This document shows, piece after piece, positions 27,489-37,076 of a stretch of DNA of 64,000 nt. The first letter of the stretch is position 1. Each line of letters opens with the position of its first letter. Position numbers and translations under genes: made by a program. The notes under the pieces are model-generated. The model made no database searches. It saw only the letters and a list, made by a program, of their open reading frames with translations, and was not told where the DNA came from. Location of the stretch: positions 1-64,000 of the IMG/VR virus record IMGVR_UViG_3300020161_000515; one strand, written 5' to 3'. This stretch comes from a virus (taxonomy: Duplodnaviria > Caudoviricetes).

Positions 27489-29912
27489 TTAAGTTGGTGT
27501 TAGTTTATCATAAACCATCGCATTGTAATCATCATCTGGAACAGCTACCGCAAAATAGTCTGCTTTGTTAGTATTTAAACCTACATAATCAAAAGAAAAG
27601 TTACCATTTGAGTCAGATATAGTGCCAGCTATCTTTCTTCCGGTTCTTCTATGAAACAAAAATACTTTAACTCCAGGTATAGGCACTACTCCGGCCTTTA
27701 CTGTTCCTGATAATATTCCTTCTTTGTATCCTGCAGGTACTCTTGTTTCAGTCCAAAATTCACCACCCTCCCACCAAGGTAAAGGTATTGTTTTTTCAAA
27801 AATATCTGCTCTATAAAGATTTGTAGGATTAGGAAGATAAAGAGATTGATTAACCATAGGAACAGGGTCAGTTCCAAAAACCTCTTTTACGGTGGCTGGT
27901 GGAATCCAACTTCCTACATTCTGTTTGTAGTATCTGTTAGGTATAAAGTTGGATGTATATCTAGCAACTCCTTTAGTAACTCTTAACTCATCACAATAGA
28001 TAGCGGCAGGATGGTCAAGTGTGCTAGAATTTCCAAAATAAAGATGAAGTGCCTTTATAGAGTATGTAAATGCAACACTGGAATCAAGTGTTCCATTTAT
28101 GTAGAAATACAATACATTATTGTATCTTACTACGGCAAGATGATACCAAGTAAGACCATCTGATAAAGTTGCGTTACTTGTAAGAATAACAGTTCCATCA
28201 TAAAGATAAAATTTAAAATGAGCAGGTGATGATTCGTTTGGAGCAAAGCCACAATAAAATCCACCAGCCTCACCCACCTGACCAAAATAGAAAAAACATC
28301 CTAGGTTTCCGTAATAATATTTTCCTCCAGTTGACTTAGGCCATACAAATGATTCTATGGTGAAATCTACAGTTCCAAAATTCCAATCATTGCTTTGCGC
28401 TGGTTGAAAAACAGAGTTCCAAGAAGATGTATGAAAAGACCCATAAGGACCTATTACTGCTGCGGTATAAGTGTTTCCACTACCCAGACTAAGTATTTTT
28501 CTTCTAGTAGAACTTAGATCCAAACATGTTATTCCGTCATTTTCTGGACAATACAATACTATATTATTGAAATACGGATCAGATTTATCAATAGGACCTT
28601 CAGAAGGAATTGAATCTGTTGGAATATCAAATTCACCCCAATATCTAGCAACACCCTTAGTTATTCTAAATTCATCAATGTTACCTACGAAGCATTCTCC
28701 ATAATTTGAATCTGCTCCAATATAAACAGTTGTTTGGTTAAAATTAGCATCTACAGCAGGATTGACATAAATAGATCCTCCAGAAGGAGCTCCATTTATA
28801 TATATAAAGATATAGCCATCTTTTCTAGTGACTGCTACATGTGTCCATGAATTAGTTGGACATGTAGCACTGGTAGCAACCATCCCTTTCCATCCATTAT
28901 AATAATAATCCACCTCAACTATCATTGGATTAGAAGCACCGCTTCTAGCGATAGCTAGGCATCCGTTGGTGCTATGAGTTCCAAATCTAGCTATAGTGGC
29001 CCAGTCATAGTTAAGTGCAGTAGGACGTATCCAACATTCAACAGTAAAATCTCCCGAACCTAATGCGAGGTCAGCATGAGTAACTGAAAGTCTGCCTGTT
29101 CCTGATGGAAGATTTAAGCACGAAGATCCTATTTTACTCTGAGATGTTATTATAGTTGAATTATAGACTGTTACCGTTTTAGGAGTAGATGAGCTATCTG
29201 TTACAGTGGTAGATCCATCAGTATCTTCAAAGTGAAGCAAAAGAACTGTATCAGCATCTGCAGAGTATTCAGTAGTTTGTGGAACAAATCGTGGGAGTCC
29301 TGACCAGTATCTGCATACCATAGAATATCTAAGGCAATCCATATAACCGTTATAGTCATAACTGGATCCTCCTATCTGTGATCCGATCTGAATATATGCA
29401 GGTACATTCATTAAGGAGCAGTTAGTTGAAGAAGAAATGTCCATCAGTCCATCAATGTAAATTCTGTAATCATTATCCTTTCTACAGAAGGCTATATGAT
29501 GCCAGACATTGTCATTTATTATTTTTACTCCATAAATATTATACCAATATCCACTATACCACACAAGTCTTCCAGCACTGTTTATGTAACAATGCCATGA
29601 GGATGTTCCTTGAGTAATATCAAACAAAGACGCATTAATGTCTGTTGTTTTAATAAACATTTCTAATGTAAAATCATTCCTATACGTAGGCCAGACCGAC
29701 TCATCTAAGTTAGTGACAACTCTTATGTAATCACCTGACCCATCAAAATAAGCACAAGAGTTTCCGAACTTCTTTTCTGCTGTTACTATTTTGACATTTC
29801 CCATAGCCTCAATAGTTTTAGGAGAGGGAGATTCGTCTGTAAAGACAGTAGACTGATCTGCACCTTCAAAATTAAGAAGTAACTTTACAGAACTCCAATA
29901 TGTGTCAGACAT
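27489..29912 (-). CDS. Tail fibre/receptor-binding protein with three LamG (concanavalin A-like) domains and a C-terminal family Q domain
   Basis: Three repeats of LLL.FEG...FTD.S...FDGSGDY...DFT.E.(W/F)I...WHH(I/V)A..R...Y.(Y/I)NG...G.(M/I)DE.R(I/V)TKGVARY. C-terminal VFLFHRRTGRKIAGTISDSNGNFSF...YNAMVYDKL. Confidence 0.88.
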   Translation of the reverse strand: MSDTYWSSVKLLLNFEGADQSTVFTDESPSPKTIEAMGNVKIVTAEKKFGNSCAYFDGSGDYIRVVTNLDESVWPTYRNDFTLEMFIKTTDINASLFDITQGTSSWHCYINSAGRLVWYSGYWYNIYGVKIINDNVWHHIAFCRKDNDYRIYIDGLMDISSSTNCSLMNVPAYIQIGSQIGGSSYDYNGYMDCLRYSMVCRYWSGLPRFVPQTTEYSADADTVLLLHFEDTDGSTTVTDSSSTPKTVTVYNSTIITSQSKIGSSCLNLPSGTGRLSVTHADLALGSGDFTVECWIRPTALNYDWATIARFGTHSTNGCLAIARSGASNPMIVEVDYYYNGWKGMVATSATCPTNSWTHVAVTRKDGYIFIYINGAPSGGSIYVNPAVDANFNQTTVYIGADSNYGECFVGNIDEFRITKGVARYWGEFDIPTDSIPSEGPIDKSDPYFNNIVLYCPENDGITCLDLSSTRRKILSLGSGNTYTAAVIGPYGSFHTSSWNSVFQPAQSNDWNFGTVDFTIESFVWPKSTGGKYYYGNLGCFFYFGQVGEAGGFYCGFAPNESSPAHFKFYLYDGTVILTSNATLSDGLTWYHLAVVRYNNVLYFYINGTLDSSVAFTYSIKALHLYFGNSSTLDHPAAIYCDELRVTKGVARYTSNFIPNRYYKQNVGSWIPPATVKEVFGTDPVPMVNQSLYLPNPTNLYRADIFEKTIPLPWWEGGEFWTETRVPAGYKEGILSGTVKAGVVPIPGVKVFLFHRRTGRKIAGTISDSNGNFSFDYVGLNTNKADYFAVAVPDDDYNAMVYDKLTPT

Positions 29913-31040
29913 CTATGTGTACCAGGAGTTTGAAATTTCTAAAAATATCTGACCGTCAGAATAAATATTCCAAGCCATAAAAGTTCTATGTGAATCTACT
30001 CCCGTTCCTTGAAAGATGTCACCATGAGCTAGAGGCTTGTAATGAAACGGATTCCACAATCCAGGAATCTTTCCTCTTATTCCCAAAGGATCTCCTATAT
30101 ATACTGGAGAGTAATGAAGCTTTCCATCCATTGGATGGGGAAAAGAATACCCTCCTGTTCCCAATCCAGTAACTAATCCTGGATTAGGTGAAAGCTTTGA
30201 AATGTTTCTAGAAGATCCTATTCCTCCATATCTTCTAGCTACATAGTGATAGGAGTTAGTTCCACTATAGTTGGTTAATGCTGCGAAGCTTTGTGGAGAG
30301 TTGTTGTATTGATTACCTATTGAAATTGTAGCGTAAGGGTCTGTTGGATCAACTGGTAGAATATCTCCAAAGAAGTTTGGAGACCAATATGAGTTTGATG
30401 CGACAGATGTGCTGTAATCTGCAAGCCATATTAAAAATTCTTCTGATGCCAAAAGCATCCAAAATCTAGGGGTAGAAGAATCAGATTTCCACCAAAACAT
30501 TCCACCGGACATCTGAGTATCTGTTGGAAAGAGTGAAACAAGTGTGTTTATATCTGCGGCAGATTCACATCCTCTGAATTTAGTAGTACCAGCAACGGAA
30601 TCATCCATGTGCATACAGAATAAATTACTTCCGGCACCTTGTTTATACACAACTTTATTAGATGCTGAAAACAGCTTAGTCCAGTTAGCTGGTGCTACTT
30701 TAGCAGATATTGTTCCGGTAGCGGGTGTTGCAGGAGTACCTGTAACCTGAATAGTAACAGCATTAGCAGTTGTTGGAGTGGCTTCAAACTGACCATTATA
30801 TTCCACCTCATTCGCACCAGCTATTAAGATCTGAGGATGAACACAAGGGTTACCTAAAACGAATCCGTGTGCTACTGGAAAATTTATAGTAGCTGTTGAA
30901 CCTGATCTTGTGATGGTTACTGTTTGTGCTCCATATCCATTAACCAAACAAGCATCAAGTAGATTTATCATTGAGCCTACTGTACTGATGCTAGTAGGTG
31001 CTCCATAATCTGTACTTCTAAAAACGCAAACTGTTGGCAT
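29913..31040 (-). CDS. Putative tail appendage protein (family P) with a small beta-barrel insertion
   Basis: FRSTDYGAP...LLDACLVNGYG, insertion with AHGFVLG...YNGQF, then APANWTK...IRGKIPGLW...HGDIF. Confidence 0.8.
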   Translation of the reverse strand: MPTVCVFRSTDYGAPTSISTVGSMINLLDACLVNGYGAQTVTITRSGSTATINFPVAHGFVLGNPCVHPQILIAGANEVEYNGQFEATPTTANAVTIQVTGTPATPATGTISAKVAPANWTKLFSASNKVVYKQGAGSNLFCMHMDDSVAGTTKFRGCESAADINTLVSLFPTDTQMSGGMFWWKSDSSTPRFWMLLASEEFLIWLADYSTSVASNSYWSPNFFGDILPVDPTDPYATISIGNQYNNSPQSFAALTNYSGTNSYHYVARRYGGIGSSRNISKLSPNPGLVTGLGTGGYSFPHPMDGKLHYSPVYIGDPLGIRGKIPGLWNPFHYKPLAHGDIFQGTGVDSHRTFMAWNIYSDGQIFLEISNSWYT

Positions 31041-31048
31041 ATTCTTTC

Positions 31049-31402
31049 CTAAACTGGTTGTAATAGATCATAAATAAGGGCGTTGTATTTTTCTGGATCA
31101 GTAAAAGGCCCTTTTAAATATGACACAGCATAATAATCTTTAGATGATCTGTCTAATGTTTTAAATGTGAAATTACCTAATGAATCTGTCAACGTACTAA
31201 ACATTAACCTTCCTGTTGGCCTGTAATACAGAAACACAATTTCGCCAGGTTGTGGAATTCCATTTAACGAAACATTGCCTGATATTGTTCCTTCTACGTC
31301 AATAGCAGACCAAGGTGTTATAGCAAGACCGTTTATCCAACTTGGTAAAACTTTTGTCTTTGTTACTGGATATGCTATTGCCAATACGTTAAGGTGAGCC
31401 AT
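31049..31402 (-). CDS. Small virion protein (family Q)
   Basis: VFLYYRPTGRLMFSTLTDSLGNFTFKTL...YNALIYDLLQP. Confidence 0.75.
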   Translation of the reverse strand: MAHLNVLAIAYPVTKTKVLPSWINGLAITPWSAIDVEGTISGNVSLNGIPQPGEIVFLYYRPTGRLMFSTLTDSLGNFTFKTLDRSSKDYYAVSYLKGPFTDPEKYNALIYDLLQPV

Positions 31403-32469
31403 TATGATACATCCGAGACTTCAAATGCCAGACTACCCGCCCCAGTCTGAACATACAAAAAGATTTTACCAGCCAACTCACCTGATCCATAAAAAGTGTC
31501 ATAGTTGGTCATAGGAAGATTGTGAAGAATAGCCCAGCATCCTGGGATAACACCTCGTCTTGCTCCTACCTGCTCTGAAATATAAATAGGAGCAAGTAAT
31601 ACACCACCAGTAACAGGCTCTGGAAATGGGTACCCTGAGTTATATCCAGAATATGATGAGCAAATTCTATCAGAAGTCATAGCCATTAAAATACTTCCGC
31701 CTACCTGAGTATAACTTCTAGCCATGTATCGGTATGAGTAAGATGCGTCAGGTCGTTCTAAATAGCTAGTAGAACCACCTTCTATTAAAATTGTGTGGTA
31801 GGCATCACCAATCTTAAATGACTTAATATCTCCAAAGCACATTCCACAACTCCAAGGATTGTGTATTATGAAATGAAAGATATTATTAACGGCTATCAAT
31901 GTCCATGGGTAGTTTCCTCTCCATAAATTGCCACCGTCACCACCTAATTGAGCTGTTGATGGAAAAAGACCTGTTCCTGTGTCAATATCCGTCATAGTCT
32001 CATAACCTCTGAAGTATGTTCCAGAGGTGCTTCCTGTGTCTATCATTCTCAAATAAAATCCATTAGAACCTGCAGGCTGTTTAAATGCCGCACTGTTTGT
32101 TCCTACAAATTCCTTAGTCCAACCTGCTGGAGATCTTTTTACTGAAAGAGTTCCTGATGCTGGTGAATTTGGTGTTCCTGAAATTGTGTATGTAAAAGAA
32201 TTAGGACTTGTAATGGTACAAGTGAAAGCTCCATTATATGCAGGATCAAGTGACCCTGAGATAGTGAGATGGGCTGGCATGATTGTAGAATAGCCATGAT
32301 CTGCTGATGTTATAGCAGTAACTAGATTTCCAACTCTAGTTAAAGATAATAAATTTAATGACCCATATCCAGTAACTAAACAGGCTTCTAAAATTGCAAC
32401 AGATTGACCAGCATTGGCAACACTTGAAGGTGCTCCGTAGTCGGTACTCTTATATACGAATGTTGCCAT
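31402..32469 (-). CDS. Putative tail appendage protein (family P) with a small beta-barrel insertion
   Basis: YKSTDYGAP...ILEACLVTGYG, insertion with DHGYS...YNGAF, then SPAGWTKEF...RRGVIPGCW...YDTF. Confidence 0.8.
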   Translation of the reverse strand: MATFVYKSTDYGAPSSVANAGQSVAILEACLVTGYGSLNLLSLTRVGNLVTAITSADHGYSTIMPAHLTISGSLDPAYNGAFTCTITSPNSFTYTISGTPNSPASGTLSVKRSPAGWTKEFVGTNSAAFKQPAGSNGFYLRMIDTGSTSGTYFRGYETMTDIDTGTGLFPSTAQLGGDGGNLWRGNYPWTLIAVNNIFHFIIHNPWSCGMCFGDIKSFKIGDAYHTILIEGGSTSYLERPDASYSYRYMARSYTQVGGSILMAMTSDRICSSYSGYNSGYPFPEPVTGGVLLAPIYISEQVGARRGVIPGCWAILHNLPMTNYDTFYGSGELAGKIFLYVQTGAGSLAFEVSDVS

Positions 32470-32486
32470 GTTTTCCTCAAAATAGC

Positions 32487-32578
32487 GGCTGTTTAAGCCG
32501 TGATTTGTTGCGGTGCTACGTTGGTATTACTTAACAGCCAATCACGCTTAAACAGCCAGATTCTTGCCAAATATAGCC
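32487..32578 (+). repeat. Dispersed structured intergenic repeat, copy 2
   Basis: Long hairpin ggctgtttaagccgtgatt / aatcacgcttaaacagcc enclosing ggtgctacgttggtattacttaac, followed by ccagattcttgccaaata as in copy 1. Confidence 0.8.
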
Positions 32579-32582
32579 AGGT

Positions 32583-32816
32583 TTAAATGTAGTATCGCTT
32601 CAAACTCGTCTCCGGTTGAAGTCGTCCTACAATAACACCATTCTCGATATGAACTTGATCGCCTTCTCCTAGTGTTGAAAGCAATGTACTCTTACAATCA
32701 AGCTGACCTTTAATGGTGCTAACTTTAACTCTGTCGCCTTGAATATTTACAACTTTCCCAGTAGAGTAAGATCTAACTGGATTAAGAACGCCTCGTAATT
32801 CGTCAATTATGCTCAT
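32583..32816 (-). CDS. Small tail-tip protein, OB-fold-like (spike-associated, inferred)
   Basis: TGKVVNIQGDRVKVST...GEGDQVHIENG beta pattern. Sits directly after the hub genes. Confidence 0.5.
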   Translation of the reverse strand: MSIIDELRGVLNPVRSYSTGKVVNIQGDRVKVSTIKGQLDCKSTLLSTLGEGDQVHIENGVIVGRLQPETSLKRYYI

Positions 32817-32825
32817 AAAAAACCT

Positions 32826-33176
32826 TTACATCTCATCAGTAGCAACAAAATACTTGGAAGGTTTTTTAACTTTGAGATTCGTCAATGCTAATAGTGATGA
32901 AGAGCCTATCTGGACTTTATGACTTATGCCAGTTATTTTCCCCCGCCAAGTGGTATTTAGAATTGAATCTTCCACCTCTATAATCTGACCTAATCGAATA
33001 TTCTTGGTAAATGGGATGTCAAACGAAACGACTTGATGACCCACCCCAGATTCATCAAGCACTGATCTACCTCGACATAAAGCACATTCTTCGCCTTGAA
33101 TGAGAACATCATACACATCCTCATGTTTATAAGGATGTGCTCCAGTTCTTTGTACTATTACATCAGTTAAGATCAT
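32826..33176 (-). CDS. Tail-tip/baseplate hub C-terminal-like domain protein
   Basis: SFDIPFTKNIRLGQIIEVED...GKITGISHKV resembles the terminal beta-barrel of gp27/Tal-type hub proteins. Confidence 0.55.
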   Translation of the reverse strand: MILTDVIVQRTGAHPYKHEDVYDVLIQGEECALCRGRSVLDESGVGHQVVSFDIPFTKNIRLGQIIEVEDSILNTTWRGKITGISHKVQIGSSSLLALTNLKVKKPSKYFVATDEM

Positions 33177-33742
33177 TAAACAGGCTCGTCAAACATTGCA
33201 GCAACAAAGACAACAATATCATATTTATCCAAACCAAGTGGAGAATGTGACAAGGTATATACTTGTGCAGATGCTGTATATGACACTTCTAGCAATCCTA
33301 TAGCCCCGTACTTATCAAATGCAGCACCACCACCTGAGAATGTGATAGTTGACTGTCCACCTGATGGTGCAGTAATAGCCGCACGAATTCCACCGCTGCC
33401 TAACCAATTTGCAGAAAATCCGCTTGAACATGGATAGTTAAGTGATGTTTCTTTTACTCCACCAACAGTGATTGTGTCATTAATCTCAACAGAAGCAGTA
33501 CCACCACCTGTATTTGATCCGTGACTAGCAAAGATGTCTGTGATAGATACGTTATTAGATTTGAATAATAACCACTGTACGGAATCACCTGGTCTAAATG
33601 ACGTTGAGGAATTAAGACCTCCATCAGCAGGATCTCTTGAGTCTACTTCAGCCTTAAGTTCACCTTTAGCAGAGCCACTTGTTGAGAACGAAAAGTTTAC
33701 GTTAAAGCTGGATGTAACCTGGGTTTTTTTAAATTTAGCCAT
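33176..33742 (-). CDS. Tail-tip structural protein (family S)
   Basis: KKTQVTSSFNVNF N-terminus shared with 33755..34282. Body resembles the repeats in 37073..39139. Confidence 0.6.
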   Translation of the reverse strand: MAKFKKTQVTSSFNVNFSFSTSGSAKGELKAEVDSRDPADGGLNSSTSFRPGDSVQWLLFKSNNVSITDIFASHGSNTGGGTASVEINDTITVGGVKETSLNYPCSSGFSANWLGSGGIRAAITAPSGGQSTITFSGGGAAFDKYGAIGLLEVSYTASAQVYTLSHSPLGLDKYDIVVFVAAMFDEPV

Positions 33743-33754
33743 TGTGAATACCTT

Positions 33755-34282
33755 TTATTTTCTAGTACCTATCGCCATAATATCTATGGAGTAATTATCT
33801 TTGTAGGCGGAAGGAACCGGATGAGTTAATTCGTAGTAATCGCCTATTGCAGTATATTTTATAACAACAGAAGCAAGAACGTATGCAACCGCATCACTTG
33901 ATTTTTTAGGAATAAGTAGTCCTTCTTTAAGCTCCACTCCTGCGTAGTTGTATCCTCTTCCTACTGCCTCTATGCTATTTAGAGTCACTATCTCATATTG
34001 CGTGTTTACTGGATTTATTCCTGTTATAGAAACAAACTCAGTTCGTTCTAAATTCTTCTTTCCAAGATATGTTATGTTTCCAAGAGTACAAATTAATTGA
34101 ACATCCTCAATTCTAGTCTTGTCGAAGAAAACATAAAACCTCTTTGGTGATCCAGGTATTGATGAATCAAAATTTGAATCAGTTTCTAACTTAATGTCAC
34201 CACTTGTCTTTCCAGATGTGGTTGCAGTTCCTCTGTCAAAACCTACTGTAAAATTAGATGTTACTTGAGTCTTTTTAGACAT
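33755..34282 (-). CDS. Tail-tip structural protein (family S)
   Basis: KKTQVTSNFTVGF; paralog of the downstream gene. Confidence 0.6.
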   Translation of the reverse strand: MSKKTQVTSNFTVGFDRGTATTSGKTSGDIKLETDSNFDSSIPGSPKRFYVFFDKTRIEDVQLICTLGNITYLGKKNLERTEFVSITGINPVNTQYEIVTLNSIEAVGRGYNYAGVELKEGLLIPKKSSDAVAYVLASVVIKYTAIGDYYELTHPVPSAYKDNYSIDIMAIGTRK

Positions 34283-35342
34283 TAGGATCTACCGTTAAAA
34301 ACTGTGCTTCATATGCTTCTGGAGCATGAACATTCCAAGAATAAAAACGTGTTCTATATGTGATAACTGCTAACGAATACGCCATTAATGGATCAGTAGA
34401 ATATACGTTTTTAGTGTATTGGTCAAATATTATTCCTTGTAAAGAAACATCTTGCCACTTAACTGAAATGATCTCATAGACAGGTTGCTTGGTACTGGCT
34501 GTTCCGTCAGTAAATGTTATCAGCTCATCTTCTTCTATATTGAATCCTTCTTGTTTTGAACCGTAGTCCAAATTAATAAGATATGAAGTAGTCTCTAAAT
34601 TTATGTCTCTAAACGGATATGGGTATATACGAATGATTCCTTTTAGATTTTGATCTTCAGGATTCCAAACAACTTCATATGTGTCAGAAGGTTCCGAATT
34701 ATTAGTGTTTCGGATCCTCACATAATCATAATAAGATTCAAGAGTGTAATCATAAGAAATTTTAATAAGATTTTCTACTTCAGTGAAAGAATGCTCTGGA
34801 ACAATAAGATCATACTGAAGTGGTGAGATGCTGAATAAAGGTCTTGCTACGAATGTTCCGTCAGGCTCACATTCAAGTACGCCACCAGCAGCCTCAACTA
34901 TTTTCTTAGCTATTGAAATTCTGCTTGAATTAGTCTCAGCCAATGAGAATTTACTTAACGTCCAATCGAGTTGATTAAAGAATGAATCTTTTAATAACCA
35001 GTTTATAGGTCTAAAATCAAGTAGCTCATCAACCACTTCTCTAGCCCTTCTATCTGTTAACAAAGTGTATGACAAAGGTACTTTAAAAGGAGGTTCAAGT
35101 AAACACGTTGAGGATCTTCCTACTATAGTAAAAGAAGCGTTAGCTGGGCCTGATCTATCTAACTTTTTACTCTCTACAATAAATGTCCAGACTTCATCTG
35201 TAATCTGAATATCAAAGAAGCTTCCTTTATCTATGGAATCGAAGTCGTCAAGATCTCCTACTGTAGCTGTGCATGACCAGTATGGAGAATTTTCGTCAAT
35301 TGATATTTCTGCTGACAGAATATTTAGTAATAATGCTGGCAT
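34275..35342 (-). CDS. Baseplate hub / tail-tip (gp27/Tal-like) N-terminal domains
   Basis: FIVESKKLDRSG...FTIVGRS...LDW.L..FS......I....IVEAAGGVL......F..RP pattern of hub proteins. Position downstream of TMP and Dit. Confidence 0.6.
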   Translation of the reverse strand: MPALLLNILSAEISIDENSPYWSCTATVGDLDDFDSIDKGSFFDIQITDEVWTFIVESKKLDRSGPANASFTIVGRSSTCLLEPPFKVPLSYTLLTDRRAREVVDELLDFRPINWLLKDSFFNQLDWTLSKFSLAETNSSRISIAKKIVEAAGGVLECEPDGTFVARPLFSISPLQYDLIVPEHSFTEVENLIKISYDYTLESYYDYVRIRNTNNSEPSDTYEVVWNPEDQNLKGIIRIYPYPFRDINLETTSYLINLDYGSKQEGFNIEEDELITFTDGTASTKQPVYEIISVKWQDVSLQGIIFDQYTKNVYSTDPLMAYSLAVITYRTRFYSWNVHAPEAYEAQFLTVDPNV

Positions 35343-35343
35343 A

Positions 35344-36720
35344 TTATGGAGTTGTCATAATGATGTTGAAATTATTATCTTCTTCTGCATCGTTAAAGAA
35401 CTCAGCATAGTTAGATACAGGTACTGTGTTTTCAAATGTACTGTTCTCTAGTAAGAACGATGATACATAATTTTTGCAATCATTTAATGACTCTAGAGAA
35501 CTTGAAACTTCTAATGAATCAAAACTTATAGAAAGAAAAGAAGATACATTTGAATAACAATTATTATAGAGAACAATGTTATTTGTGATATGTACGCCAC
35601 AGGTTGAATCCAATATAAATGAAGATGAGACTAATGATGGATCTGAAGTAACAGAAACAAAATAACTAGATAAGCTTATAGAAGAATCTGAAATAGAAGA
35701 TAATGCGTTAGCCACCGTCATGGATGAATCTGAAAGGGATGCTAGTGCATTATTCACTGTAACAGAACAGTCTGCTATTGATGAGAAAGCGTTATTAACA
35801 GATGACAGGTATTCTACAAAGGAATACAAGGCATTAGAAACAGGAACAGAATAATTAGTGATTGAGTCTAAAGTGCTTCTGGTAGAAGAAGTATCGTTAC
35901 AGATTACATTAAATATAGAAGATGCAGTAATGGAACATCTATTAATAAATGAAACATATTCTGCGGCAGAAACTGAATAGCTACTGAGTGCTTCTAATTT
36001 GTTAGATAACTTAGTAGAAGAACCATATGCTATTGCTAAATCATTAAATGATCTTGTAGAGTATGTTGATCCAACACTTAAATCTTGAGTGGCTTTAAAC
36101 GTATAAGAATTTTGTACCAATAATTGAGCTGGGTCTATTCTGTTAGCAAATGTTGAGAATATTAAAACAGGTGCAGAAGTTGGAACTGAGTGCAGATTGA
36201 AACAAGTAAAAGAGTTCTTAATAGACCCAAGAAATGCGTATGATACTTCTAAAGATTTTCTAGGATTATATGCGAAGTAAGAGCTTATATCTAAAGGATT
36301 GGCAACTACTAATGCGAAGCTATTGTCTGCGTTAAAGATGTTTCTAGGCCACGAAGCTTGCTCGTCCAGCATGTCAAAAGATGATTTAATTTCAAATCTT
36401 GTGAATAGTTCTAGGTACGATCTAGGTTTTTCAAATTCGTAAAATGAAGTAAGATTGCTTTTTAAAAAGTGCGTGTATGCAGGAGCGTTAAAGGAAGCAG
36501 CACCTTTGACTCTGTATGTTAGTTTCTGAACTAAGAATGAGTCAGTTTTAAATTTATCTGTAAATGATAAAAAAGATGTTGCTTTCATATTTATATTAGG
36601 ATCCAGTAAGAAGTCAACATTATTAGATACAGGTGACTCATATGCCTTATCAAAGACAAAATAGAACGCAGAAGTTTCTAATGAATTTTCTGCAACTAAG
36701 TATGATGAGATCCTGTTCAT
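35344..36720 (-). CDS. Ser-rich 14-residue-repeat virion protein (beta-solenoid inferred)
   Basis: About ten 14 aa repeats (e.g. NALYSFVEYLSSVN, NAFSSIADCSVTVN, NALASLSDSSMTVA). N-terminal F.F...YESP..N.V.F motif like the 2,383 aa protein. Confidence 0.65.
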   Translation of the reverse strand: MNRISSYLVAENSLETSAFYFVFDKAYESPVSNNVDFLLDPNINMKATSFLSFTDKFKTDSFLVQKLTYRVKGAASFNAPAYTHFLKSNLTSFYEFEKPRSYLELFTRFEIKSSFDMLDEQASWPRNIFNADNSFALVVANPLDISSYFAYNPRKSLEVSYAFLGSIKNSFTCFNLHSVPTSAPVLIFSTFANRIDPAQLLVQNSYTFKATQDLSVGSTYSTRSFNDLAIAYGSSTKLSNKLEALSSYSVSAAEYVSFINRCSITASSIFNVICNDTSSTRSTLDSITNYSVPVSNALYSFVEYLSSVNNAFSSIADCSVTVNNALASLSDSSMTVANALSSISDSSISLSSYFVSVTSDPSLVSSSFILDSTCGVHITNNIVLYNNCYSNVSSFLSISFDSLEVSSSLESLNDCKNYVSSFLLENSTFENTVPVSNYAEFFNDAEEDNNFNIIMTTP

Positions 36721-37076
36721 TAAATTGCTTTAGATTTTCCATCACTTTCAATTTCTGTTATAAACATATCTGCCAATTTTTTAGCCGCACTAGGTAGGTA
36801 ATGTTTGCCATCTTCGTGAGCTTCTTGAACTTCCGCAGTCCTCATCTTAACTTCAGCCGGTGTGTACGGAGTTATTGACCTACTGGCTGACTTAGCTGGA
36901 GGCGGATTAAATGTCATAGTAGTTAACTTTCCAGTAACATCATCTATGAACATAATTCTGTGAACAACCTCTATATCTAATACTGGGCCGTCATAGTCTG
37001 AAGGTAATTGATTCTCATGAAACAATCCTTCATTAGTTAAATGCAGTATAGAGTATTTACGTTTGTATTCTATCAT
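36720..37076 (-). CDS. Hypothetical protein
   Basis: 118 aa ORF translationally coupled to both neighbours. Confidence 0.6.
   Translation of the reverse strand: MIEYKRKYSILHLTNEGLFHENQLPSDYDGPVLDIEVVHRIMFIDDVTGKLTTMTFNPPPAKSASRSITPYTPAEVKMRTAEVQEAHEDGKHYLPSAAKKLADMFITEIESDGKSKAI

Noticed and set aside
513-31051. Genome-wide TAG reassignment (code 15-like), suggested by two in-frame TAG junctions
   Set aside because: Genes up to 12 kb are intact under code 11, and TAG at 6814 and 31049 falls where paralogs also end, so TAG is a real stop. Only site-specific readthrough remains possible.
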